A stretch of DNA of 64,000 nucleotides from Azospirillaceae bacterium (GCA_035626475.1 DASPNP010000075.1:11788-75787); one strand, 5' to 3'. Shown: positions 8,618 through 17,314, counted from the stretch's first letter. Program-made: numbers and translations. The notes: generated by a model not told the origin, from the letters alone.

Positions 8618-9477
8618 GGGACGGGCCGTACCGGGGCGCCACCGTCCTCCTTGCCACCATGCACGGCAAGGAGCGGGCGGCGGCGCCCCCCTTCAGGCGC
8701 CATCTGGGCGCGTCGGTGACGGTCCCGCCGGGGCTGGACACGGACGCGCTCGGCACCTTCTCGGGCGAGATCCCGCGCCGGGGCACGGCGCTGGAGACGG
8801 CGCGGGCCAAGGCGATGCTGGCGGCCGGGGCGACCGGGCTGGCGCTGGCCAGCGAGGGCAGCTTCGGCCCGCATCCCAGCGTGCCCTTCCTGGCGCTGGG
8901 GACCGAGCTGCTGCTGTTCCTGGACCGGCATCGCGGGCTGGAACTGGTGGAGGCGCTGCCCAGCCTGCGCACCAATTTCCGCCATGCCGTCCTGGCCCCC
9001 GACGCGCCGGCGGACGAGCTGGACCGGACGCTGGCGGCCATGCGCTTCCCTTCCCACGCGGTGATCGTGCTGCCCGACAATCCTGCGGCCGGGGCGTCCT
9101 TCGTCGCCAAGGGGCTGCGGTCGATCGATGCCGTCGCGGCGGCGCTGCGCGGGGCGGCCGACGCCTCGATGAACGGCCGGGCACGGGTCGAGACCGACAT
9201 GCGCGCCCACATGAACCCGACCCGCATGCGCGTCATCCGCGCCGCCGCGACACGGCTGGCCCTGCGGCTGGCGACGCCCTGTCCCGCCTGCGCGGCGCCG
9301 GGCTGGGGACGGGCGGGGCTGGTGCCGGGCCTGCCCTGCGGCTGGTGCGGCACGCCCACTTCAGTGCCGCGCGCCGAGGCGCTGGCCTGCGCCGCCTGCG
9401 GCCACCGGGCCGAGCGCCCCTTGCGCAACGCCCCCGCCGCGGCCGATCCCGGGCGCTGCCCGGAATGCAATCCCTGA
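8614..9477 (+). CDS. uncharacterised protein (DUF6671-like N-terminal domain as recalled) with a C-terminal double CxxC zinc-ribbon tail
   Basis: Last part of ORF 7942..9477. GTG 8614 overlaps the upstream TGA (GTGA). ...LLATMHGKERAAAPPFRRHLGASVTVPPGLDTDALGTFSGEIPRRG...LASEGSFGPHP... The tail carries CPAC, CGWC, CAAC and CPEC. An ATG at the MHGKE position is the alternative start. Confidence 0.65.
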   Translation: MRDGPYRGATVLLATMHGKERAAAPPFRRHLGASVTVPPGLDTDALGTFSGEIPRRGTALETARAKAMLAAGATGLALASEGSFGPHPSVPFLALGTELLLFLDRHRGLELVEALPSLRTNFRHAVLAPDAPADELDRTLAAMRFPSHAVIVLPDNPAAGASFVAKGLRSIDAVAAALRGAADASMNGRARVETDMRAHMNPTRMRVIRAAATRLALRLATPCPACAAPGWGRAGLVPGLPCGWCGTPTSVPRAEALACAACGHRAERPLRNAPAAADPGRCPECNP

Positions 9478-9615
9478 CCTCCACCCGCGGCGCGGAGGAC
9501 CCGCGACCCCGCCCATGCCATGCCACGCGGGAACCTTGGCGACTGCCGGCGGTTTGCGCGGGCACGGGGCGATAGACCCCGGCGACGCCCGAAGGGCGCT
9601 ACAGGGGTGACCAGC

Positions 9616-10665
9616 ATGGCGGACGGTGGAGTGGCGGGCATCGCACCGGTAGGCATTCCGGTTCCTGGCCCGATTGGCGGGCCCATCGGCGGCATCAAGG
9701 CGGACGATGCGCGTGACGGCGGCACCCCGTCCCCCCTGCCTCTGCCCCCGGCCCTGGCGCAGGCGATGGAGGCCGCGCGGGCCGAGGCGCCCGACGGCGG
9801 GCCGCTGGACGGGCCGGCCGGCCTGTTCGGGCCCGAGAGCGCGCGCTGGCGCGTCGACCGGGAGTCGGCATTGTTCCTGGGCGCCGGCCGCGCCATGCTG
9901 CTGCAGCTGGCCCATCCCTGGGTGGCCGCCGCCATCGCAGAGCATTCCGACGTGCTGACCAATCCGGTCGGCCGCTTCCACCGCACCTTCGGCACCGTCT
10001 ACGCCCTGGTCTTCGGCACGGTGCGCCAGGCCGAAACAGCGGCGCACGGGCTCTACCGCCGGCACGCGGCGGTGACGGGCCGGCTGCAGCAGGGCGGGCG
10101 CTACCGCGCGCTCGACCCGGCCGCGCTGGCCTGGGTGCAGGCGACGCTGACCGACACGGCGCTGAAGGCTCACGACCTCATGCTGCCCAGCCTGCCCGAG
10201 GCGGAGCGGCGGCGCTACTGGGAGGAGAGCCGGCGCCTGTCCGGCCTGTTCGGCGTCCCGGCCGGCACGCTGCCCGACGATTATGCCGACTTCCGCGGCT
10301 ACATGCGCGGCATGCTGCGCGGCGGCGCGCTGGAGGTGACGCCGGAGGCCCGGCAGATCGCCGAGCAGCTGTTCCGCGGCGGCTCCAAGCCCTGGCTGGC
10401 CCTGCCCGGCTGGTACCGGGACCTGACGGCGGAGCTGCTGCCCCGACCCCTGGCCCGTGCCTTCGGGCTGGAGCCCGGGCCGGCGGCGGCGAAGCGGGCG
10501 GGCGCGGCGCTGACCCGGCTGCGCGCCGCCTATGCGCGCCTGCCGGAACCGCTGCGCTGCGTCGGCCCCTATCTGGAGGCGCGCGGAAGGATTGACGGCA
10601 GAAGCCGCCGCAGCCCCCTGGCCGCGCTGTCCAACCGGCTGTGGATCGGTCGTTTCGGGATCTGA
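9616..10665 (+). CDS. MpaB/DUF2236-family oxygenase-like protein
   Basis: ESARWRVDRESALFLGAGRAMLLQLAHPWVAAAIAEHSDVLTNPVGRFHRTFGTVYALVFG matches the DUF2236 (ER-bound oxygenase MpaB / rubber oxygenase) core. ATG 9616 chosen within ORF 9520..10665. Confidence 0.75.
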   Translation: MADGGVAGIAPVGIPVPGPIGGPIGGIKADDARDGGTPSPLPLPPALAQAMEAARAEAPDGGPLDGPAGLFGPESARWRVDRESALFLGAGRAMLLQLAHPWVAAAIAEHSDVLTNPVGRFHRTFGTVYALVFGTVRQAETAAHGLYRRHAAVTGRLQQGGRYRALDPAALAWVQATLTDTALKAHDLMLPSLPEAERRRYWEESRRLSGLFGVPAGTLPDDYADFRGYMRGMLRGGALEVTPEARQIAEQLFRGGSKPWLALPGWYRDLTAELLPRPLARAFGLEPGPAAAKRAGAALTRLRAAYARLPEPLRCVGPYLEARGRIDGRSRRSPLAALSNRLWIGRFGI

Positions 10666-10768
10666 AGGATGATGCCGGCATCCCGGCGGGAAGCGGGCCC
10701 CGCCGGCCCGGCCCCCCTGGTGTATTTATGCATTTCGTCCTAGGGACGGGGGCGGCACGGCCCCAGGC

Positions 10769-10939
10769 TCACGCCGCCTCGCGCTGCAGGATGCGCTCGC
10801 GCACGGCCCAGCGCTCGGCGGTCTCGCGCATGAGCAGGGTTACCTCTTCCGGCAGGACGCCGTCGCGCTCCATCACCAAGCGCACCATCGGGTCGCGCAG
10901 CAGTTCGTCTAGCCTCAGCTCGGCCGTCCGCGATTTCAT
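10769..10939 (-). CDS. hypothetical small protein (56 aa)
   Basis: An internal ATG of ORF 10769..11038 is preceded by a strong GGGGGGAGGTAACC Shine-Dalgarno. Product MKSRTAELRLDELLRDPMVRLVMERDGVLPEEVTLLMRETAERWAVRERILQREAA. Confidence 0.5.
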   Translation of the reverse strand: MKSRTAELRLDELLRDPMVRLVMERDGVLPEEVTLLMRETAERWAVRERILQREAA

Positions 10940-11117
10940 GGTTACCTCCCCCCGGAGCGGTCCCCGTCCATCGGGGCCTGCCCCCAGGGTCGCCCGTTCG
11001 GAGCCCCAGGTGAAGCCCTCCACCGGTGGTACGGACATCAGGCCGATGCCATCCGGGCCTTATGTCATAGGCCGGAGGGACCTGACACCGGGGACATGCG
11101 CGGAGGCGGGCGCCGGG

Positions 11118-11669
11118 TCAGTCCCGGACCTCTTCCTTGGGGTAGACGCCCCAGAATTCGTCGCGCTCCAGCCAGCCCCTGTAGCCGCCGGCCTCGACCT
11201 GGCACCAGGCGCCCCGGCACTCCAGCAGGCGGCCGATGACGCCCTGCTCCGCCTGGGCCACGGCGGCGGCGGTGGCGGCGGGTTCCTGGCGCAGGGTGCG
11301 CATGGCGCCGGTCACGACCATGGCGCGGCGGCCCGACAGCATGGACTGGTGGACCCAGCCCTGGGTGCCCTCCCAGTCGCGGATGCGGCGCCAGGTGTCG
11401 AACTCGGCGGTGATCTCCACCGGCATGCCCGGCCGGACGAAGACCCATTCCACCGGATAGCGCACGCCGGGGCCGGTGCGGATGTTGACCTCGCCCGAAC
11501 GCAGCGAGACGAAGCGCGGCACCGGCAGGCCGCTGCGCACCACGGCGTCGGGCTTGGGATCGGTCTCGACCGACGGCTCCTGCGCCGCCGCTCCCGGAGC
11601 GACCGCCACCGGTGCCGCCAGCAGCAGCGCCAGGGCCAACGCCCGCGCCCACGCCCGCCCGCTCGACAC
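11118..11669 (-). CDS. SH3-like domain protein (COG3807/DUF1058-type), secreted
   Basis: PVPRFVSLRSGEVNIRTGPGVRYPVEWVFVRPGMPVEITAEFDTWRRIRDWEGTQGWVHQSML and a second SH3-like block ...GRLLECRGAWCQVEAGGYRGWLERDEFWGVYP. Start uncertain. GTG 11669 gives MSSGRAWARALALALLLAAPVAVAPGAAAQ. The track ORF extends to a TTG at 11792. Confidence 0.7.
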   Translation of the reverse strand: MSSGRAWARALALALLLAAPVAVAPGAAAQEPSVETDPKPDAVVRSGLPVPRFVSLRSGEVNIRTGPGVRYPVEWVFVRPGMPVEITAEFDTWRRIRDWEGTQGWVHQSMLSGRRAMVVTGAMRTLRQEPAATAAAVAQAEQGVIGRLLECRGAWCQVEAGGYRGWLERDEFWGVYPKEEVRD

Positions 11670-11843
11670 CCCGACGCCCAAGATTATGCCCCGTACCGCA
11701 CCCGCAAGGCGGCCATATAAGGGCGGAGCCCCCGGCGGGGTCAAGCCTCGGCCGGGCGCGCACCATGCACATCCCACCGGCGGTCTTGCCAAACGGCCCC
11801 ACCCCCGCTGTTATGGCGGCGAACGAGAAGGCAGGGAGTGGTC

Positions 11844-12833
11844 ATGCCCGAGAGGAAGAAGCCGCTGGTGATCGTCACCCGCAAGCTCCCCGACGTCATC
11901 GAGACGCGGATGATGGAGCTGTTCGACGCGCGGCTGAACCTGGACGACCGCCCGATGACGGCGGCCCAGCTGGCCGAGGCGGCGCAGGCGGCCGATGTGC
12001 TGGTGCCAACCGTGACCGACCGCATCGATGCGCGGCTGATCGAGGCGGCCGGGCCGCAGCTGAAGCTCATCGCCAGCTTCGGCACCGGCGTCGACCATAT
12101 CGACCTGAAGGCCGCCCGCCAGCGCGGCATCACCGTGACCAACACGCCGGGCGTGCTGACCGAGGACACGGCCGACATGACCATGGCCCTGATCCTGGCG
12201 ACCGCGCGGCGCATCGCCGAGGGCGAGCGGCTGGTGCGCTCGGGCAACTGGAAGGGCTGGGGCCCGACGCTGATGCTGGGGGCGCGGCTCTGGGGCAAGC
12301 GGCTGGGCATCGTCGGCATGGGCCGCATCGGCCAGGCCGTGGCCCGCCGCGCCAAGGGGTTCGGCCTGTCGATCCACTACCACAACCGCCGCCGCGTCCA
12401 TCCCGAGATCGAGCAGGAGCTGGAGGCGACATACTGGGAGAGCCTGGACCAGATGCTGGCGCGGATGGACGTGGTCTCCATCAACTGCCCGCACACGCCG
12501 GCGACCTACCACCTGCTGTCGCAGCGCCGGCTGAAGCTGCTGCGGCCCAGCGCCATCCTGGTCAACACCTCGCGCGGGGAGGTCATCGACGAGGCGGCGC
12601 TGACCCGCATGCTGTCGAAGGGCGAGCTGGCCGGCGCCGGGCTGGACGTGTTCGAGCAGGAGCCCGCCGTCAACCCGAAGCTGCTGGCGCTGGACAACGT
12701 CGTGCTGCTGCCGCACATGGGCTCGGCCACGATCGAAGGCCGCCTCGACATGGGCGAGAAGGTCATCATCAACATCAAGACCTTCGTCGACGGCCACACC
12801 CCGCCCGACCGGGTCATCGAGTCGATGATCTGA
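11844..12833 (+). CDS. D-isomer-specific 2-hydroxyacid dehydrogenase (glyoxylate/hydroxypyruvate reductase-like)
   Basis: LGIVGMGRIGQAVARRAKGFGLSIHYHNRR (NAD fold), VNTSRGEVIDEAAL, LDVFEQEP, LLPHMGSAT. ATG 11844 follows GGGAG. Confidence 0.9.
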   Translation: MPERKKPLVIVTRKLPDVIETRMMELFDARLNLDDRPMTAAQLAEAAQAADVLVPTVTDRIDARLIEAAGPQLKLIASFGTGVDHIDLKAARQRGITVTNTPGVLTEDTADMTMALILATARRIAEGERLVRSGNWKGWGPTLMLGARLWGKRLGIVGMGRIGQAVARRAKGFGLSIHYHNRRRVHPEIEQELEATYWESLDQMLARMDVVSINCPHTPATYHLLSQRRLKLLRPSAILVNTSRGEVIDEAALTRMLSKGELAGAGLDVFEQEPAVNPKLLALDNVVLLPHMGSATIEGRLDMGEKVIINIKTFVDGHTPPDRVIESMI

Positions 12834-12846
12834 GGGGGGCATCTCT

Positions 12847-13044
12847 ATCCCTCGCCCCTTGCGGGAGAGGGATGGGCCCCGCCGCGCAGCGGTGGGAGGG
12901 TGAGGGGTCGGCCGGCGCAGCCGGACGTTCTCACCGCCTATCGCGAGCACGACCGTCGAGCAGGCCCAGCCTGCGGCTGGTCCACCCCTCATCCTCCCCA
13001 AGCAGGCTTGGGGCCCCATCCTTCTCCCGCAAGGGGAGAAGGAT
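12847..13044. repeat. about 200-bp nested imperfect palindrome (intergenic REP/MITE-like element, family B)
   Basis: Outer arms ATCCCTCGCCCCTTGCGGGAGAGGGATGGGCCCC (12847-12880) and GGGGCCCCATCCTTCTCCCGCAAGGGGAGAAGGAT (13010-13044) are near reverse complements, and each arm is itself a hairpin. Inner arms GTGGGAGGGTGAGGGGT (about 12890) and ACCCCTCATCCTCCCCA (about 12983) also pair. It fills the gap between two convergent genes. Confidence 0.8.
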
Positions 13045-13051
13045 CCGGGCG

Positions 13052-13594
13052 TCACTTCGGGTTCAGCTCGTAGATCACCACCAGGTGGCCGTCCGGATCG
13101 ACGAAGGCCTCTTCCTGGAAGGTGATGCCCTCCGGCGTCCTGGAGGGGCGGCCGGGGATGGTCTTCAGGCCCATGGCCGAGACCTTGGCCATGATGTCCT
13201 TGATGTTCTTGACGTTGATCACCACCGCCGCGGCGCGCGGGCTGTCGGGGACGACCAGCTTCTGGCCCTTCACCTCGGTCAGGGCCAGGGTGCGGATCTG
13301 CTGGTCGCCCGCGCTCAGCATCGCCATCCGCATCTTGGCGGACTTGTCGATGTTGAAGACGTCGTAGGAGTAGGAGGTCGGCGAGTTCTCGGAGATCCCG
13401 CCGTCCTGACGGAAGCCCAGGATGTCCCGGTAGATCTTCAGCGACCGCTCGATGTCCGAGACCAGCAGGGTGGAGCGCTTGAAGAAGGAGCCCTTGTACT
13501 CCTCCTTCGCCGCCGGGGCAGGCGTGCCCTGGGCCAGCGCCGCCGGCGCCGCGGTCGCGAGAACGGCCGCCAGGGCCAGTACGGTAGCGCGCAT
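13052..13594 (-). CDS. VOC (glyoxalase/bleomycin-resistance/dioxygenase) family protein with signal peptide
   Basis: MRATVLALAAVLATAAPAALAQG..., then LLVSDIERSLKIYRDILGFRQDG...DPDGHLVVIYE. ATG 13594 follows GGGGGAGGGGTG. Confidence 0.75.
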   Translation of the reverse strand: MRATVLALAAVLATAAPAALAQGTPAPAAKEEYKGSFFKRSTLLVSDIERSLKIYRDILGFRQDGGISENSPTSYSYDVFNIDKSAKMRMAMLSAGDQQIRTLALTEVKGQKLVVPDSPRAAAVVINVKNIKDIMAKVSAMGLKTIPGRPSRTPEGITFQEEAFVDPDGHLVVIYELNPK

Positions 13595-13662
13595 CACACC
13601 CCTCCCCCTAATTGTCATATTGCCATGACATTAGGCGGGAGGGGTGGGGCCGTCAAACGGGT

Positions 13663-14994
13663 TCAGCTGCCCGCCGCCTCGAAGCTCTGCGGCGCCGGGT
13701 CGATCACGGTGGAGCCGTCGCGGGTCACCTCGATCACCGCCAAGCCGCGCTCCACCAGACCGTCGGCGCGCAGGCGGAAGATGCCGTCTGCGCCGGCGAA
13801 GCCCGCCGGGTCGGTCATGCGCGTCACCGGGAAGGGATCGCCGCCCCGCGCCGCCTTGGCGAGCGCGCCGGCCATGGCGGCGGCATCGTAGCCCAGCGTG
13901 GCGAGGCGCGGCGGCTTGGACCCGTAGAGATCCTGGTAGCGCCGCTCGAACTCCTGGCGCGAGGACGGGTCGGGCGCGGCGTACCAGCCGCCGGCCAGCG
14001 CCGGCTCGCGCCCCACCCCCGGCTCGTCCCACAGGCCGGTGCCGAGGAAGCGGACCGGGCCCGGGTCGATGTCGAAGAAGGGGAAGAGCGGAGCCAGGGC
14101 CCTGAGCTGCTGCCCGCCCTCGGCGATCATGACGGCCTGGAAGGGCGGGTCGCCGAAGGTTTCCTGATTGCCCAGGCGGCGCAGCGCGGCCTTGGACTCC
14201 TCGTCGCCGGCCGCCTGCAGCCGGGCCTTCTCGCGGATCATGGCTTGGCGCCGCGCCTCGAAGTCCGACAGGCGCTTGACCATCTCGGTCATGTCGCCCT
14301 GGCCGGGGCTGTAGCGCTCGGACTTGGTCACCTGCCCGCCCTGGCGGACGGCGGCGGCCAGGGCCTGGCGCACCGCCTCGCCATAGGGCGTGGCCGGCGC
14401 GACCAGGCCGAACGTCGTCAGCCCCTGGGACTGGGCGTAGCGGGCGACGCGGGTCACCTGCTGCTGCGGCAGGAAGCCCATCACCCAGGTGCCGCCGCCG
14501 GCCAGGTTCCAGTCGTTGGAGAAGGTCAGCACCGGCACGCCGGCCGCGGCCGCCACCGGCTTCACCGCCTGCGCCTCGACGCCGAAGAGCGGGCCCAGCA
14601 CCAGCTTGGCGCCGCCGTCCAGCGCGTCGCGCGCGGCGGCCGCCGCACCCTCGGGCGTGCCCTTGGTGTCGCGCGGCATCAGCTCGAACTTGTCGTCGGC
14701 CAGATCGAACACCGCCATCTGGGCGGCGTCGAGGATGCCCTGGCCGACAGTGGCGGCGCGGCCCGACAGCGGCACCAGCAGCGCCACGCGCACCTTGCCG
14801 TCATTCGGGACCACGCGCTGCGCCTGGACCGGCGGGGGAGCGGCCACGGGCGGCGGCACTTGCGCCTGCGGCGGCGGCACCGTTACCTTCGGGCTGCTGG
14901 CGCAGGCGGCGAGCAGGGCCAGCCCGGCGAGCGCCCCCGCCATCCGCGCGACGCGCCTGTAACCGCCCTTGCCCGCTTCCGCCAAGCCAACCAT
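13663..14994 (-). CDS. penicillin-binding protein activator LpoA-like lipoprotein (periplasmic-binding-protein fold)
   Basis: C-terminal 443 codons of ORF 13663..15705. Lipobox LALLAAC. VRVALLVPLSGRAATVGQGILDAAQMAVFD...GAKLVLGPLFG. Divergent from rsmI, as in the enterobacterial lpoA-rsmI-yraN arrangement. Start 14994 (AGGTGG SD) preferred over 14943. Confidence 0.8.
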   Translation of the reverse strand: MVGLAEAGKGGYRRVARMAGALAGLALLAACASSPKVTVPPPQAQVPPPVAAPPPVQAQRVVPNDGKVRVALLVPLSGRAATVGQGILDAAQMAVFDLADDKFELMPRDTKGTPEGAAAAARDALDGGAKLVLGPLFGVEAQAVKPVAAAAGVPVLTFSNDWNLAGGGTWVMGFLPQQQVTRVARYAQSQGLTTFGLVAPATPYGEAVRQALAAAVRQGGQVTKSERYSPGQGDMTEMVKRLSDFEARRQAMIREKARLQAAGDEESKAALRRLGNQETFGDPPFQAVMIAEGGQQLRALAPLFPFFDIDPGPVRFLGTGLWDEPGVGREPALAGGWYAAPDPSSRQEFERRYQDLYGSKPPRLATLGYDAAAMAGALAKAARGGDPFPVTRMTDPAGFAGADGIFRLRADGLVERGLAVIEVTRDGSTVIDPAPQSFEAAGS

Positions 14995-15009
14995 GGTCGC
15001 AGCCACCTG

Positions 15010-15948
15010 ATGTCCTCCCCTTCGGACCAACCTGATCCGGAACAGCCTGATCGCCCCGAGCCTAGCGGCCGGGACGGCGCGCGTAAACCGGGGCCGGGCC
15101 TCTTCATCGTGGCCACCCCGATCGGCAATGCCGGCGACATAACGCTGCGCGCGCTGGAAACGCTCAAAGGGGCGCACGCGGTCGCCTGCGAGGACACGCG
15201 GGTGACGTCGAAGCTGTTCGCCCGCTACGGCATCCGCGCGCCCCTGCTGCAATATCACGAGCACAATGCGGCGAGGATGCGGCCGGTGATCCTGGACCGC
15301 GTGGCATCGGGCGAGACCATCGCCCTGGTGTCCGACGCCGGCACGCCGCTGATCTCCGACCCCGGCTACAAGCTGGTGCGCGAGGCGCGGGAGCGCGGCC
15401 TGCCCGTCACCCACCTGCCCGGCCCCAGCGCCGCGCTGACGGCCCTGGTGCTGTCCGGCCTGCCGTCCGACCGCTTCCTGTTCGCGGGTTTCCTGCCGAA
15501 CAAGCGCGGGGCCCGCCGCACCGCGCTGGCCGAGCTGGCGCCGGTGCGGGCCACGCTGGTGCTGTTCGAGAGCGCCCAGCGGCTCGAGGACATGCTGGCC
15601 GACGCCGCCGAGACCATGCCCGGCCGCGAGGTGGCGGTGACCCGCGAGCTGACCAAGCTGTTCGAGGAGGTGCGGCGCGGCACCCTGGCCGAGCTGGCCG
15701 AGCATTACGCCAAGGCCGGCCCGCCCAAGGGCGAGGTCGTGGTCGTCATCGGCCCGCCGCCGGAGCCGGAGGAGGCGACCGGGGACGAGGTCGACCGGCT
15801 GCTGACCGACGCGCTGTCCCGCCTGTCGGTCAAGGACGCCTCGGCCGAGGTGGCGCAGGCCCTGGGCAAGCCGCGCAAGGAGGTCTACCAGCGCGCGCTG
15901 GAGCTGCAGCGTGCCGGCAGTGACGGCAATGACAGCGAAAAGCGTTGA
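15010..15948 (+). CDS. rsmI: 16S rRNA (cytidine1402-2'-O)-methyltransferase
   Basis: Last 312 codons of ORF 13612..15948. LFIVATPIGNAGDITLRALETLKGAHAVACEDTRVTSKLF...ALVSDAGTPLISDPGYKLV. The only in-frame ATG before the conserved core is 15010. Confidence 0.9.
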   Translation: MSSPSDQPDPEQPDRPEPSGRDGARKPGPGLFIVATPIGNAGDITLRALETLKGAHAVACEDTRVTSKLFARYGIRAPLLQYHEHNAARMRPVILDRVASGETIALVSDAGTPLISDPGYKLVREARERGLPVTHLPGPSAALTALVLSGLPSDRFLFAGFLPNKRGARRTALAELAPVRATLVLFESAQRLEDMLADAAETMPGREVAVTRELTKLFEEVRRGTLAELAEHYAKAGPPKGEVVVVIGPPPEPEEATGDEVDRLLTDALSRLSVKDASAEVAQALGKPRKEVYQRALELQRAGSDGNDSEKR

Positions 15949-16318
15949 GGATCGCCGCCGCGCCGAGCGGCTGGGCCGGCTGGCGGAGGCGCTGTGCCGC
16001 CTGTCGCTGCGGCTGCGCGGCTACCGCATCCTGGCAAGCCGCTGCCGCACCCCGGCCGGCGAGATCGACATCGTCGCCAGGCGCGGCGACCTGATCGCCA
16101 TCGTCGAGGTCAAGGCCCGGGCGGATCTGGGCCAGGCGCGGGCGTCCGTATCGGCGGCGCAGTGGCGGCGGCTGCAGCGCGCCGCCGGCCTGTTCATGGG
16201 CGCCCGCCCGAGGCTTGCCCGCTGCGCCCTGCGGTTCGACCTGATGGCCGTGCCGCGGGGGCGCTTCGGCCCGCGCTGGCCGTCGCATCTGCCGGGCGCA
16301 TGGAGTCCAAAGGACTGA
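15929..16318 (+). CDS. YraN-family (UPF0102) endonuclease-like protein
   Basis: GRLAEALCRLSLRLRGYRILASRCRTPAGEIDIVARRGDLIAIVEVKAR. Overlaps the rsmI end. GTG 15911 is an alternative start. Confidence 0.8.
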   Translation: MTAKSVEDRRRAERLGRLAEALCRLSLRLRGYRILASRCRTPAGEIDIVARRGDLIAIVEVKARADLGQARASVSAAQWRRLQRAAGLFMGARPRLARCALRFDLMAVPRGRFGPRWPSHLPGAWSPKD

Positions 16319-16435
16319 CCCGGAGGGGGAGGGTGGCGAAAGCCCATCGACTCGCCCGCCGGGGATGCGCTATGGGGGGAATCCGAGCCATTGGCCCGGA
16401 GCCTGTCGCCCGAGAGATCCGCCGGGAGCGCGCCT

Positions 16436-17278
16436 GTGAACAGCCGCCTGCAAGCCAAGGACCTGCTGCGCGAGATCGGGGGGATGCCCGACGACCGCAT
16501 CGACCTTGCCGAGGCGGCGCTGGCGCTGGCGGCGCTGGCCCGGCCCGAGCAGAGCTTCGACCCCTACCGCCGTCACCTGGCCGAGCTGGCCGCCGAGGTC
16601 GCCGACATGGCGTCGCGCGCCGTCACCCTGACCGACCGGGTGGAGGCGCTGCAGGCCGTGCTGGTCAACATCTACGGCTATCACGGCGACACGCAGAGCT
16701 ACGACGACATCCAGAACGCCAACCTCATGCGGGTCATCGACCGGCGCAAGGGGCTGCCCGTGGCGCTGGGCATCCTGTTCATCCATGCCGCCCGCGCCCA
16801 GGGCTGGGACATGGTGGGGCTCAACTTCCCCGGCCATTTCCTGGTGCGGCTGGAGCATGACGGCGAGCGCGCCATCCTGGACCCGTTCAACATGGGCGAG
16901 GTGCGGTCGGTGGTGGATCTGCGCGACCTGATCAAGCAGACCGCCGGCGCCGCGGCCGAGCTGACGCCCGAGCACTACCAGCCGGTCGGCAACCGCGACA
17001 TCCTCATGCGCCTGCAGAACAACATCAAGCTGCGGCATCTGCGCGAGGAGCGCCCCGACCAGGCCGCCGAGACGGTGGAGGCGATGCTGCTCTTCGCGCC
17101 CGAGAGCCCGGCGCTGTGGCGCGAGGCCGGGCTGCTGAACGCCCATGTCGGCAACATCGCCGCCGCCATCCAGGCGCTGGAGACCTTCATGGACCAGGGT
17201 GCCCGCCAGGGCGCCTCGACCCAGCTGCTGCACCAGACGGCGACGCTGGTCCAGCAGCTGCGCAACCGCCTGAACTGA
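16436..17278 (+). CDS. SirB1/transglutaminase-like plus TPR family protein (UPF0162)
   Basis: YDDIQNANLMRVIDRRKGLPVALGILFIHAARAQGWDMVGLNFPGHFLVRLEHDGERAILDPF. GTG 16436 follows GGGAG. The track start 16391 is TTG. Confidence 0.7.
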   Translation: MNSRLQAKDLLREIGGMPDDRIDLAEAALALAALARPEQSFDPYRRHLAELAAEVADMASRAVTLTDRVEALQAVLVNIYGYHGDTQSYDDIQNANLMRVIDRRKGLPVALGILFIHAARAQGWDMVGLNFPGHFLVRLEHDGERAILDPFNMGEVRSVVDLRDLIKQTAGAAAELTPEHYQPVGNRDILMRLQNNIKLRHLREERPDQAAETVEAMLLFAPESPALWREAGLLNAHVGNIAAAIQALETFMDQGARQGASTQLLHQTATLVQQLRNRLN

Positions 17279-17314
17279 TCCCGTCCCCCACTCGCCCAAC
17301 GCCAGGGAAGCTCC

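Noticed and set aside
6063-9995. ORFs 6063..7058 (+), 7091..8566 (-) and 8409..9995 (-) overlapping the LysR, IDH and DUF6671-like genes
   Set aside because: The translations are low complexity (runs of R, A, G, P), lack recognisable domains, and each is fully covered by a motif-bearing gene on the other strand or frame.
13612-15948. 778-aa single ORF on the plus strand
   Set aside because: Only the last 312 codons (from 15010) encode RsmI. The upstream 466 codons are the antisense shadow of the lpoA-like gene.
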